In this document: positions 1 through 9,767 of the stretch, piece after piece | Position numbering within the stretch: position 1 is the stretch's first letter | Layout: each line of letters starts with the position of its first letter | Origin: Verrucomicrobiia bacterium | Lineage (GTDB): Bacteria > Verrucomicrobiota > Verrucomicrobiia > Limisphaerales > UBA11358 | Length of the DNA stretch: 64,000 nt | Assembly: GCA_036502245.1 (NCBI GenBank) | Contig: DASXYX010000026.1 | Span: 136,575 to 200,574, forward strand | Direction of reading: 5' to 3' | Notes under the pieces: model-generated | What the model was told of the DNA's origin: nothing | Database searches by the model: none | Seen by the model: only the letters and a program-made list of their open reading frames with translations | Position numbers and translations under genes: made by a program

Positions 1-3000
1 CTGCCGCGCACGGGGGTCTTCGCGAACAATGATGCCAATTCGACGCGCACGGAGGCGGACCTGAATATTTTTGCGACGACGGTTTCGAGTATAACAAATC
101 TGGATCCGGTGGCATTGTCGAATTGCGTAGCGGGAGGCCAGGTGGGAGCCACGGCAGCGAATACGTTCAATGGCGCGGCGCTGGGCCGGGGCGGTGAGGA
201 AGTGATCGTGGACACCAATTCGCATAACGGAGAGATCTATTACATCGGCGTGCAATCGGAGGACCGGGAGGGCGCCGAATATAATTTCATCCCGATCTTC
301 ACAAGCATTCCATTCAGCACTATGAACAATTCGAACGGCATCGAGACGGTCAACTGCACGCCGATTCCGTCAACCATTCCGTCCGGGTCGCCGCAGTTAC
401 CGGGATACAATGATGTCGTGGGCATCTCCCTACAGTCGATGCAAATCCAAACAGTGATCGTCACGAATATTTTTTCGCAAGCAAATGTAGGTGATCTGGT
501 CAGTTCACTGACACTGGATTCGGGTATTAATGGATACACGACGGCGGTGCTGATGAACCATACCGCACCAAACACAAACGGAACATTTTATTATGTTTAT
601 GATGACAGCGGGGCAGTGACCACAGTGCCAAATCCTTATACTCTGCATCATTCGGATGGGCCGGGGAGCTTGTTGGGTTTCGCGGGCAAGACGGTTGGGA
701 TCGCCACGTTATGGAATTATCACATTGCCAACAGCGTTTCGCCGTTCAGCGGGAGTGTGGACAGTTTGCAGTTGATGATCATTCCGCACCAGAACCCGCA
801 GAAGGGCATCGTGGTGAGCATTCCGCCAGGCGCGTGGTACTACAATTTTGTGCAGGTGGGGCCGGGCTTCACGAACCTGACGGTCGCGGCTACAAATCTG
901 CCGCCTACGATTGGCCCGCCGCCATTGGAACTTTATTTGAATCACAACACCGAGCCGACGGCATCCAATTTTCTCTTTGAAGCGGATTTGACGAACTATC
1001 CGCCGGGGTTGGGATTGACGTATCCAACGGGCCTGAACCCTGGCAATGCGATCTCCTACGGCCCGCCGCTGGCGCCGGGGACATATTGGATCGGTATCAC
1101 TAACCCGAGCGCCACTACGACTGCGAGCGTATATTTGATCGCGACGTTGGGCGGGCTTCAAGGCGTGATCCCGCCGTCGAACACGGCGTCCAATGGGCCG
1201 TCGCTGACGCCGGAAGCGGTGACGAGCACGAATATTTTCATTAATAACAGCAATGCGACGATCGCGTCGGTGAACGTGGGCATTGTGGCGACGTACCCGC
1301 GGATCTCGGATTTGACATTCACGCTGGTCAGCCCGAGCGGCCAGGAGGTTCTGCTGATGGAAAACCGCGGGGGCATCACGACCTCCAATGCCGGCGTGGA
1401 GACGTTGTTCTCGAACGTCGTGAATTCGACGGCTACAGGCGGGGCGGCGGCGCAGACAAATTATCTGACGGCAAATCCGGCGGGCGGCGTGTTGCCGATC
1501 TCTTACAACTTCTACAGTGTGCCGGACGAGATGACGGTGTATGACACGACGAACCCGGCGAATTTAAATTCGACCACGTTGCTCCTGGATACCGGATTTA
1601 TTAGCAATCCACCGACAGGCCCCGGGGCGCAACAGACCCAGATAGAAACCACAAACGTAACTTATCCGCCCAATTCGCCGGGTCTGACGATCATCATGAA
1701 CCAGTTCGGCAATCCCTTTGCCAGCGGCAATGGGGATGCGTGGACGTACACGGCCGGTTCGTCGCAAACGAATTTCGAGTACCTCATGTTCACGGAGGAC
1801 ACGAACCTGACGGATACGCCGATCATGTTCGCGGTGCCACCGTTTGGGTTCGACGGCGGGGCGACGAATTACTCGTTCTCGTTCGAGCAGGCGACCAATG
1901 TGGATTATCACGGCCAGACGAATATTTTCGATCCGTTAGGCGGCTGGACCGTGCCGACCAATATCACGACGGTCAGCACCTTCTTCAACCTTGTTACGAG
2001 CAACACGGAGACCATCACCAACACGGTGATTTTGTCCAATAATTTTGTGACCGTGGAGACGGACCCGGCGAATTCGCTCGGCGACAACTTCGACAGCAAT
2101 TACCTGGCGCTGGCCGACGGCACCATCACGCGTAGCATCCCGACGGTTCAGGGCGACCAGTATAACATCACGTTCTGGTATCGTGGCCCGGGCATCGCGG
2201 GATGGTGGCGCGGCGAGGGCAATGCCCTGGATAGCGCGAATCCCGAGAACGACGGCCAGAACGGCTCGCTGATCGGGCGATTTGATTTCCCGCTGGGCGA
2301 AGTCGGCCAGGCGTTTGAGATGGAGTACAACGGCCAACCGTTCGATTTTGCGGGCACCAACAGTTATGTGCAGATCCATCCGCAGTATTCGTACACGGCC
2401 AACACGAACGGCGCCTTCACGGAAACTTCGGCGCTGGACGTGGGCGCGGACGGCGGGCTTACGGTGGAGGGCTGGATCAACCCGACGAACACGTTGGCGC
2501 AGCAACCGCTGGTGGAATGGCTGGCGGGCGTGCCGACGAATTATCCCAACATCACGGACACGAATTTCAACATCGTGGCGGGACCGTTCCTCGACCGGGC
2601 CACGAGCCATTATTATTATTTGCTCGGCGCCACGAACTGGACCGTCTCGGAGAATTGGGCGCAGATGCTCGGCGGCCACCTGGCGGAGGTGAACAGCGCG
2701 GACGAAGAAAACTGGATCTACGACGCATTCGAATACTTCGTCGGCACCAATCGTAATTTCTGGATCGGCCTGACGAATAGCGGCACGGGCACGCCCTTCG
2801 TCTTCGCCTACTCGACCGGCCTGACGAACATCACGTACACCGACTGGGGGACCAACCAGCCGGATAACAACTGCTTCGCCAACCAGAACTACGTCGGCAT
2901 CTTTACCGCCACCAACGCCCTCTCGGGCCTGTGGGAGATGGCGAATGACGCCGGCAGCACATGCGTGTCCACCAACTTGATTTATGGTGTGGTCGAAGTG

Positions 3001-6000
3001 CCTCTCCTTCAGACCAACGGCGTGCAATTCTGGATCTCGGTGACCAACATCCCCGGCACGACCAATACCATTGTCAGCAGCAACGGCTGCCTGTACGCGA
3101 ACCTGATGGACATCTCGAACAACTCGCACATCATCTTCTCCGCGCCGGGCCTGGTGCAGTCCAACATCTTCCAGCACGTGGCGCTGACGTATAACACCAA
3201 TTCGGGCATCGCGAACCTGTTCTACGACGGCACCAACGTGGCCTCGACGAACTTCGGCTATTTCATTCCCAAGACCACCGGCGACGTCTTGCTGGGCAAG
3301 GACATGAGCCTGCTCACGAACAATTATTACGGCGGGTTGATGGACGAGATGAGCATCTACACCCGGCCGCTGTCCGACGCGGAGATCTGGACCATTTACA
3401 ATGTGTCAGCGTCCCTGACCAACGGGCAAGCGGGCAAATTTGACCCAAGCGTGACACCGGCCTCGGGCCTGGCGGAAGCGGGCATCACCCTCGGCGGATA
3501 CACCAACGTCCTGTATGGCGTCAACGACCGGTGGAGCCAGTTCACTTACACGTTCATCGCGGTTTCGAACTCGTTGCCGATCTCGATCACGGGGCTGGAA
3601 CCCGGGATGTTGCTGAATCAATTCAACGTCACGCAATCGCCGGTGACCAATTTCTACTATCTGCCGGAACAATCGCTCGACGAACTTGTGGGCGATGATC
3701 CGTACGGCAACTGGAGCCTGCAGATCTGGGATAACCGCACTGATTCGCTGGTGACGCAGCCTGGAGTGCTGAACAGTTGGATCCTGCAAATGGTGTTGCA
3801 GACGAACGCGCCGTCCACCGTGGACCTGAACCCGAACACGCCCACGACCATCACCGTGCCGCCGGGCCAGATTGTGCCGCTGTATATCGTGGTGCCGGAT
3901 TGGGCATCGGAAGCGACGAATGTTTTGGATTCGGCTACTGGACCGATCGGTTTACTGTTCAATTCGACGCTGGTGCCGACCGGCAACAATACCACACCGC
4001 CGGATTATACTTTCCTGGCCAATTCGACCGCCGGCTCTCGCCTTTTGACTGACACGGGCACGCCACCCGGATCAGGTATCCTGCCGCTGCTGCCGACCTC
4101 GCCGACAAATTACTATTATCTCGGCCTTTCAAATGCCGGTCCGCACGCGGTGAACGCCACCGTGGAAGTGGATTTCAATATCGTCGGCCTGACGAACGAT
4201 GTGCCGTACACGGGAACGGTGAACACGAATCAGTCCGAAAATTATTTCTACTTCAATGTCACGAACGGATACGAGGCGACGTTCCAGTTGTTGAAACTTA
4301 GCGGCGAGGCCGACCTGGTGGTGCGCAAAGGGCCGCCGCTGCCGACCCTGCTCGGTTCCGATTACGGCAGTTTCAACGAGAGCAATGCCGCCCAGAACAT
4401 TTATGTGCTGACGAATTCGACGCCGGTTCCCTTGACCAACGGCACGTGGTATATCGGCGTGATGAAGCGCGACAGCGGGGCGTTGCGTTATACCGTGCTC
4501 GCCAAGGAATTGGGCACCAACTCCGCGCCATTCATGACCGTCATCCCGCTCACCAATAACGTGCCGTACACCTTCACCAACGAGGACCTGGGCGCGGCGC
4601 TGACGAATTTCTTCATCTTTGACCCGACCAACAACCCGGCGTTGACGAACGCGATGGGCGTGCGCTTCGAAGTGTACGACATGACCGGCAACGGCGACCT
4701 GACGGTGCAGACGAACCTCGAGCCGTTTGCGCCGCCGTTCTACCAGAGCAGCCAGCAGCCCGGGACCATCCCTGAGTCCATCCTCATCCAGACGAACAGC
4801 GTTTTGACGAACCTGAACGCGAGCTGGTATCTCGGCGTGCCGAATAACGAGACCAACCCGATCAACTTCACCATCATCGCGGAGATTGAGACAAACGGCG
4901 TGTTCCCGGCGTTCCCCGGCGCGCAGGGCGCGGGCGCGGGCACGACCGGCGGCGGCGGCCTGCAAAATACCAACATCCAGGTGTACCACGTCACCAGCCT
5001 GAATGACGATGGCAGCTATGGCACGTTGCGCGATGCCGTCACGCGCACGAACCGGACGATTGTGTTCGATATTTCCGGCGTCATCTTCCTGCAAACGCCG
5101 CTGGTCATCACGAATTCATTCCTGACCATCGCCGGCCAGACCGCCCCCGGCGCAGGCATCACCGTCGCCGGCCAAATGACGGAACTAAGCACGAATCATG
5201 ATGTGATTATCAGGGATGTGAGGTTTAGGGCGGGGGGTGAACCATTGACGGGTTTTGAGTATGCCACTGCGGGAGATTATACGAATAGTCAGTTAGTTGG
5301 AACCTGGAGAGTGTTATCGAATGAGGTAAGCGTCATTACAGATACGCCCAATGCAAAAGAAGGCAGTAATTTCGTGGCATTGGCCAATGGGACTATATAT
5401 ACCAATCTGTCAACGATTCCCGGCCAAGCTTATTCAGTGACCTTTTCATATCGCGGTCCAGACCTGGTGCATTGGTGGAGGGCTGAAACAAATTCAACTT
5501 CGACTACGGCGATAGATTCAATAGGGACGAATAATGGCACCTTGCACAGTGTTATTTATACCAATGGCATGGTGGGTCGCGCATTCTATTTGAATGGCGC
5601 ATCTTATATTAGCGTTCCATATGTGCCATCGCTCGAATATACCAATAGCTTCACTTTGGAGATGTGGTTTAAAAACTTTGGGGCCTCCAACTACGGCCTT
5701 ATGGGTAATCGGAATGATCCAGGGGCTTGTAATTATGGCATCAATATTGTTACGGGTGGTGGTGATGTGGGAGTCGGCATAACCTATTACGATCCAACCG
5801 ATCCCGGGTATCCAGCCAACAACAGCGATGATCCAAACTATTTGGACGTTTCAAGAGACCAGATGGTCCCGACAATAGGCGTATATCACCATCTGGCCGC
5901 CAGTCTTCAACAGATCGCGTCTGATTCCATTCAGATCAAAACATATTACGATGGCCAGTTGGTAAAGACTAAAGTGATGCCAGGAAATTTTGTTAATACT

Positions 6001-9000
6001 CTAAATACTTTGCCACTAACAATTGGCGCCACTGATCCAGGTGGAGAGTTTTTAAATGGAATGCTGGATGAGGTTTCGTTGTATAACCGTTGCCTTTCAT
6101 TGTCCGAGGCCAATGCAATTTATCAAAACGGCACGAATGGCAAATTTGACTCTGTGGAATATAATCTTTCACCGGCGACGAGCGTGGCCAAAGCCCAAAT
6201 CCTGGTGAATGGAAAATCCGTAAAAACCTTCTTTGGAAATGATACCAATTGGCAATCGCAAACATTTACATTCACTGCCGTTACTAACAAGACGTTGTTA
6301 GCTATATCGGGATTGGAGCCGGGGATACTCCTGGATGGTTTGAATGTAATCCCAGGGGATTCACTTCAGTTCATTGCCGTCTCAAATGTCATTGCCGACC
6401 ATATTTCTGCGGAGTGGAGTACAAATAATAACATATCGGTGTTAGGTTCAACGAATATGACGGTGCAATGGTCCATCATTGCCGATAGTGTGCATAGCGT
6501 ATCGACAAATGGGTATGGTTCGCTACTTCGCGGCGGTTACGGCACGTTAAGCTTTCATCACAATTTATACGCTGATAATGCCTATGGGAATCCACGGCTC
6601 GGCGATAACATCAACCTCGATTTTGAGAACAATGTCATCTATGACTGGGGAACCAATTCCGGCTTTACAGGGAATGATACCCTGTCCAATCCGAATGGCT
6701 TCACCAATGTGATGAATTACATCGGCAATTATCTCATCGCCAGCACAAATTCCCTGACCAATACCATCGCGTTCTGGCCTGGCGCCACCAATACTTGGAT
6801 TTACCAGACGAACAACTTTATCCAGAGCACTAACAACGCGACCAACGCTTTGACCCGTTTGGCGCTGGCAGGCGAGAATATAGGCTGGAACATGTTCACG
6901 ACGAACGGCACCAGATTTGACCGAGAATTCCCCTTCCCGCCGATAACGGTTGATGAAGCATATATGGCTTATGAAAAAGTTATGGATTTTGCCGGTCCTG
7001 ACATGGCCCTACGCGATGCGGTGGACACCAATATCGTTGGGAATGTCCGCACACAGACCGGTGCTATTCTTAATGCAACCCAGATATTGCCTACGCCGAA
7101 TTCTTTATTCCCCTATTTGGACACCGACCAGGATGGCATCCCGGATTTCTGGGACGACACATTCGGTGGCAGTCCGTTTGTGCCGCATCCCTATGCCGTT
7201 GTGGATGGATCGGGCTACACTGAACTGGAAGAATATCTCGACTGGTTGGCTGCGCCTCATGCGTTGACCGTCACCACCAACCAGGTTGGAGTTGACTTGC
7301 AACAGATGTTTGGCGAAGTCGGCAATCTGAGCTTCTTCCTGACCAATGCTGTCAATGGCACTGTTTATCTGACCAATGTCCTGAATTATACCAATGTGGC
7401 TGGCGCTATCAGTGCTATTACCAATTCCAGCACGTACAGCAATACCTTCGCCATCTTTACGCCCACGAACGATTTTGGCGGCGGCACAAATTACGGCGCT
7501 GCCTTATTCGATGTGTATGTCACGAACAATACAACGCTCGGATACTTTGGGCCGGTAACAGTCAGTGTGGTGGCCAGCAAGGTGCCGATCGTCATCAATT
7601 CGAATATCCCGCCGGTCATCACCATCCTGACGAATGGTGTGCTTGACCCAACAAACAATTCCGGGTCCGATTATTATGGATTTTCCGTTGGTCCCAATGC
7701 TTCGGGTGTCCTGTTCACCGTGACGAATATTTCCGTGCCCAATGCCCTCGATATGGTGGTGGCTTACAACCGGACGCCGTCGCTTTCAGATTATGATTAC
7801 ATCAGCACCAATACCGCCAACGAAAGCGTCGTCGTTTGGACCAATTCGAGACCTGTGCCTTTGACGAGCGGCAACTGGTACGTGGCCGTGGTGAATGTCA
7901 ATCCGACGAATGGGCCTGTTAGCTACGATATCAGTGCCACGGCATACGGAGTATCTCCGGGGCCGCCCATATTCACTTATCCGACCAACACCACCGTTTT
8001 TACCAACATTGAAACGACGCTGTTTACAGTCACCTGCCAGGCGGTTGACACGAATATCCCGGCTGCTCCGTTGACCTTTGCGCTCGACAACCAACCGGCT
8101 AATGTTGCGGGGGCAACGAATATCATGACCATTAATCCCAATACCGGGGTGATCAATTGGACGCCAAACGAGGCCCAGGGACCGTCCACCAACGCGATTT
8201 CAGTGAGCGTTAACAATGGCGCCTTTAGCGTTACGAACACATTTAAGATCATTGTCGAAGAGTCCAACCAGCCGCCGGTGTTTGTGTACACCAATTTCCC
8301 GGCTCAATTGGTGATCGTGCCGGGAGGCATGTTGGATGTCACCGATGCGGCAGTGAACCCGAATATACCTAATTATCCGCTGACCTATTCGCTTCTCAAT
8401 ACGCCGGCTGGAGCAGTCATTGACGCCAACGGTGTTATCACCTGGTCACCGACGCTGTCGGATGCGGGAAGCAACTATCTTTTCACCGTCGTCGCCACGG
8501 ATACCGATCCGCCAGCCATCAACGCCACCTCATTGAGCACCACAAATGAATTTTATGTCACCGTGACCAGTCAGGGTGGCGGATCGCCCCAGACGAATAC
8601 CGTGCCGCCCGGCGGCATCAGTTGGATCGCTGTCACGGTGCCGACTGGCGCTATTTCGGCGACAAATGATCTGATCATCGCCACCCCTGCGGTGAACGTG
8701 TGGTTCAGCACCAACCTGCCGCCCAGCACCAATGGCACTGGTGACCAGATCATCATTCCGGGTTCCACAGGCGGGATCAGTGTTTTGACCACGAATTCAT
8801 TCCCAACGAATATTGTGCCGGGCAGAACCTACTTTCTCGGGGTACAGAATCCCAATGCTGTCCCGGCCAGCTACGACCTGGTCGTGAATTTTGGCTATCC
8901 CGTAATCACCAATTCGATCCGTATCTCCAGCATCGTTCACACAAATATTGCCGGGACTAACGGGTATTTGCTGACGTGGTTCGCGCCGAGCAATTTCCTG

Positions 9001-9684
9001 TTCCAGGTGCAATGGACGGCCGACCTGTTGCCGGCAGATTGGGCAACGTTCACGAACATCGTTGGCTACAACACCAATAAATTCACCAGCCCTGCGCATA
9101 CGCAATTCAACTTCTTCGACGACGGCTCGCAGACCAGTAACAGCTTCGGGGCAATGCGGTTCTATCAGTTGCTCCTGCTGCAGGCAAGTACACTGACCCT
9201 GCCACCGCAGACCAACATAGTTGTCCAGGCCGGTAGTCCGGTCACAGTCACCAATACGGCGACGGATTCGAACCCGAGTGCCACCCTGACTTACAACTTG
9301 GTCAACCCGCCCGCGGGCGCTTCAATTGATACCAACGGCGTTATTACCTGGACGAACGCCACGCCTTCGGGCCTCGCCGCCCTCTTTACCACCGTTGTCA
9401 GCGATAATGAAGTGCCACAGGCCCAGACCTCAAACCAGTTCACGGTGTTCGTCGCGCCCTTCCCGACCATCACGAATGTGGCCGTCACGAGCAGCAATGT
9501 CACCTTAAGCTGGCTTGCTCCGAGTAATGATCAATTCGAGGTGCAATATACGACGAACCTGGCATCGCCGATCACGTGGGATTTGCTGTCGGGGATTATC
9601 ACTACGAACAGCAATGTCTTCTCCTATACGGACACCAATGCTCTGCTGACGATGAAGTTCTACGAGTTGATCCTGTTGCCTTAA
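1..9684 (+). CDS. Giant secreted multidomain surface protein (3,227 aa visible, 5' end off-window) with PPC-like, P-domain-like, jelly-roll/LamG, C-type lectin, split pectate-lyase-like, cadherin-like and C-terminal beta-sandwich domains
   Basis: The ORF track gives 109..9684 (GTG). I translated nt 1-108 in the same frame and found no stop, so the CDS continues upstream. Motifs read in the translation: ISDLTFTLVSPSGQEVLLMENRGG and GNWSLQIWDNRTD..LNSWILQMV (P-domain-like); FWIGLTN..WGTNQPDN (C-type lectin); MDEMSIYTRPLSDAEIW and LDEVSLYNRCLSLSEANAIY (LamG); TIAGQTAPGAGI..VIIRDVRFR plus HHNLYADN..NPRL..ENNVIYDWG (pectate-lyase fold); DTDQDGIPDFWDD (Ca-binding); three ..ID.NGVITW.. cadherin-like units. 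Confidence 0.9.
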   Translation: MPRTGVFANNDANSTRTEADLNIFATTVSSITNLDPVALSNCVAGGQVGATAANTFNGAALGRGGEEVIVDTNSHNGEIYYIGVQSEDREGAEYNFIPIFTSIPFSTMNNSNGIETVNCTPIPSTIPSGSPQLPGYNDVVGISLQSMQIQTVIVTNIFSQANVGDLVSSLTLDSGINGYTTAVLMNHTAPNTNGTFYYVYDDSGAVTTVPNPYTLHHSDGPGSLLGFAGKTVGIATLWNYHIANSVSPFSGSVDSLQLMIIPHQNPQKGIVVSIPPGAWYYNFVQVGPGFTNLTVAATNLPPTIGPPPLELYLNHNTEPTASNFLFEADLTNYPPGLGLTYPTGLNPGNAISYGPPLAPGTYWIGITNPSATTTASVYLIATLGGLQGVIPPSNTASNGPSLTPEAVTSTNIFINNSNATIASVNVGIVATYPRISDLTFTLVSPSGQEVLLMENRGGITTSNAGVETLFSNVVNSTATGGAAAQTNYLTANPAGGVLPISYNFYSVPDEMTVYDTTNPANLNSTTLLLDTGFISNPPTGPGAQQTQIETTNVTYPPNSPGLTIIMNQFGNPFASGNGDAWTYTAGSSQTNFEYLMFTEDTNLTDTPIMFAVPPFGFDGGATNYSFSFEQATNVDYHGQTNIFDPLGGWTVPTNITTVSTFFNLVTSNTETITNTVILSNNFVTVETDPANSLGDNFDSNYLALADGTITRSIPTVQGDQYNITFWYRGPGIAGWWRGEGNALDSANPENDGQNGSLIGRFDFPLGEVGQAFEMEYNGQPFDFAGTNSYVQIHPQYSYTANTNGAFTETSALDVGADGGLTVEGWINPTNTLAQQPLVEWLAGVPTNYPNITDTNFNIVAGPFLDRATSHYYYLLGATNWTVSENWAQMLGGHLAEVNSADEENWIYDAFEYFVGTNRNFWIGLTNSGTGTPFVFAYSTGLTNITYTDWGTNQPDNNCFANQNYVGIFTATNALSGLWEMANDAGSTCVSTNLIYGVVEVPLLQTNGVQFWISVTNIPGTTNTIVSSNGCLYANLMDISNNSHIIFSAPGLVQSNIFQHVALTYNTNSGIANLFYDGTNVASTNFGYFIPKTTGDVLLGKDMSLLTNNYYGGLMDEMSIYTRPLSDAEIWTIYNVSASLTNGQAGKFDPSVTPASGLAEAGITLGGYTNVLYGVNDRWSQFTYTFIAVSNSLPISITGLEPGMLLNQFNVTQSPVTNFYYLPEQSLDELVGDDPYGNWSLQIWDNRTDSLVTQPGVLNSWILQMVLQTNAPSTVDLNPNTPTTITVPPGQIVPLYIVVPDWASEATNVLDSATGPIGLLFNSTLVPTGNNTTPPDYTFLANSTAGSRLLTDTGTPPGSGILPLLPTSPTNYYYLGLSNAGPHAVNATVEVDFNIVGLTNDVPYTGTVNTNQSENYFYFNVTNGYEATFQLLKLSGEADLVVRKGPPLPTLLGSDYGSFNESNAAQNIYVLTNSTPVPLTNGTWYIGVMKRDSGALRYTVLAKELGTNSAPFMTVIPLTNNVPYTFTNEDLGAALTNFFIFDPTNNPALTNAMGVRFEVYDMTGNGDLTVQTNLEPFAPPFYQSSQQPGTIPESILIQTNSVLTNLNASWYLGVPNNETNPINFTIIAEIETNGVFPAFPGAQGAGAGTTGGGGLQNTNIQVYHVTSLNDDGSYGTLRDAVTRTNRTIVFDISGVIFLQTPLVITNSFLTIAGQTAPGAGITVAGQMTELSTNHDVIIRDVRFRAGGEPLTGFEYATAGDYTNSQLVGTWRVLSNEVSVITDTPNAKEGSNFVALANGTIYTNLSTIPGQAYSVTFSYRGPDLVHWWRAETNSTSTTAIDSIGTNNGTLHSVIYTNGMVGRAFYLNGASYISVPYVPSLEYTNSFTLEMWFKNFGASNYGLMGNRNDPGACNYGINIVTGGGDVGVGITYYDPTDPGYPANNSDDPNYLDVSRDQMVPTIGVYHHLAASLQQIASDSIQIKTYYDGQLVKTKVMPGNFVNTLNTLPLTIGATDPGGEFLNGMLDEVSLYNRCLSLSEANAIYQNGTNGKFDSVEYNLSPATSVAKAQILVNGKSVKTFFGNDTNWQSQTFTFTAVTNKTLLAISGLEPGILLDGLNVIPGDSLQFIAVSNVIADHISAEWSTNNNISVLGSTNMTVQWSIIADSVHSVSTNGYGSLLRGGYGTLSFHHNLYADNAYGNPRLGDNINLDFENNVIYDWGTNSGFTGNDTLSNPNGFTNVMNYIGNYLIASTNSLTNTIAFWPGATNTWIYQTNNFIQSTNNATNALTRLALAGENIGWNMFTTNGTRFDREFPFPPITVDEAYMAYEKVMDFAGPDMALRDAVDTNIVGNVRTQTGAILNATQILPTPNSLFPYLDTDQDGIPDFWDDTFGGSPFVPHPYAVVDGSGYTELEEYLDWLAAPHALTVTTNQVGVDLQQMFGEVGNLSFFLTNAVNGTVYLTNVLNYTNVAGAISAITNSSTYSNTFAIFTPTNDFGGGTNYGAALFDVYVTNNTTLGYFGPVTVSVVASKVPIVINSNIPPVITILTNGVLDPTNNSGSDYYGFSVGPNASGVLFTVTNISVPNALDMVVAYNRTPSLSDYDYISTNTANESVVVWTNSRPVPLTSGNWYVAVVNVNPTNGPVSYDISATAYGVSPGPPIFTYPTNTTVFTNIETTLFTVTCQAVDTNIPAAPLTFALDNQPANVAGATNIMTINPNTGVINWTPNEAQGPSTNAISVSVNNGAFSVTNTFKIIVEESNQPPVFVYTNFPAQLVIVPGGMLDVTDAAVNPNIPNYPLTYSLLNTPAGAVIDANGVITWSPTLSDAGSNYLFTVVATDTDPPAINATSLSTTNEFYVTVTSQGGGSPQTNTVPPGGISWIAVTVPTGAISATNDLIIATPAVNVWFSTNLPPSTNGTGDQIIIPGSTGGISVLTTNSFPTNIVPGRTYFLGVQNPNAVPASYDLVVNFGYPVITNSIRISSIVHTNIAGTNGYLLTWFAPSNFLFQVQWTADLLPADWATFTNIVGYNTNKFTSPAHTQFNFFDDGSQTSNSFGAMRFYQLLLLQASTLTLPPQTNIVVQAGSPVTVTNTATDSNPSATLTYNLVNPPAGASIDTNGVITWTNATPSGLAALFTTVVSDNEVPQAQTSNQFTVFVAPFPTITNVAVTSSNVTLSWLAPSNDQFEVQYTTNLASPITWDLLSGIITTNSNVFSYTDTNALLTMKFYELILLP
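2040..3645 (+). other. Module 1 of the giant protein: jelly-roll (DUF642/CBM-like) halves flanking a LamG domain that itself carries a C-type lectin insert (approximate bounds)
   Basis: The N-half is NFVTVETDP..YLALADGTITRSIPTVQGDQYNITFWYRG. LamG strands follow (LTVEGWINP.. and ..HVALTYN..LFYDG..MDEMSIYTRPLSDAEIW). The C-half is GKFD..GYTNVLYGVNDRWSQFTYTFIAVSNSLPISITGLEPGMLL. This is colinear with the 10579..11805 protein. Confidence 0.6.
2600..3000 (+). other. C-type lectin-like domain inserted inside the LamG domain of module 1 (approximate bounds)
   Basis: HYYYLLGATNWTVSENWAQMLGGHLAEVNSADEENWI..NFWIGLTN..YTDWGTNQPDNNCF..STCVS. The WIGL and W..QPDN hallmarks and the paired Cys are present. 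Confidence 0.7.
4900..6900 (+). other. Pectate-lyase-like (PL1-type) right-handed beta-helix, split by a ~370-aa insert (approximate bounds)
   Basis: The N part is FPGAQGAGAGTTGGGG..VYHVTSLNDDGSYGTLRDAV..TIAGQTAPGAGITVAGQ..DVIIRDVRFRAG. The C part is GDSLQFIAVSNVIADHISAEWS..TVQWSIIADS..SFHHNLYADNAYGNPRLG..FENNVIYDWG. Confidence 0.7.
5236..6351 (+). other. LamG/jelly-roll module 2, inserted between RFRAG and GDSLQF of the beta-helix; paralog of the 10579..11805 gene product
   Basis: The alignment with the 427-aa ORF is colinear by eye along the whole module. Examples: GTWRVLSNEVSVITD / GTWRVTSNQVSVITD; YRGPDLVHWWR / YRGPGLVHWWR; GVGITYYDPTDPGYP / GIGITYHDPTDPSYP; TNGKFDSVEYNLSP / TNGKFDSVEYNVSP; NWQSQTFTFTA / NWQSQTITFTA. 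Confidence 0.85.
7960..8570 (+). other. Two tandem cadherin-like/He_PIG-type Ig domains (a third lies at ~9190..9460)
   Basis: PLTFALDNQPA..MTINPNTGVINWTPNEAQGPS; PLTYSLLNTPAGAVIDANGVITWSPTLSDAG; third copy LTYNLVNPPAGASIDTNGVITWTNATPSG. Confidence 0.65.
9460..9681 (+). other. C-terminal ~75-aa beta-sandwich ending ..MKFYELILLP-stop (an internal copy at ~8918..9185 ends ..MRFYQLLLLQ)
   Basis: ITNVAVTSSNVTLSWLAPSNDQFEVQYTTNL..WDLL...FSYTD....MKFYELILLP. The same type of terminus occurs on three other secreted proteins in the window. Confidence 0.6.
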
Positions 9685-9767
9685 TATTTAGGCAAATTGC
9701 AACCTGTTAACACAGTTTCGCCGTGACTCGGCATTTCGTTTCATTTATGGTTCATGGCCAGTAATCA

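Noticed and set aside
1936-3177. A 413-aa ORF, plus several other 60-320-aa ORFs (for example 709..1161 and 4129..5094), antisense or out of frame within the giant gene.
   Set aside because: They lie fully inside a CDS that has clear domain motifs. Their translations are Arg/His/Gly-rich and low in complexity, as expected from alternative frames of GC-rich coding DNA, with no recognisable motifs.
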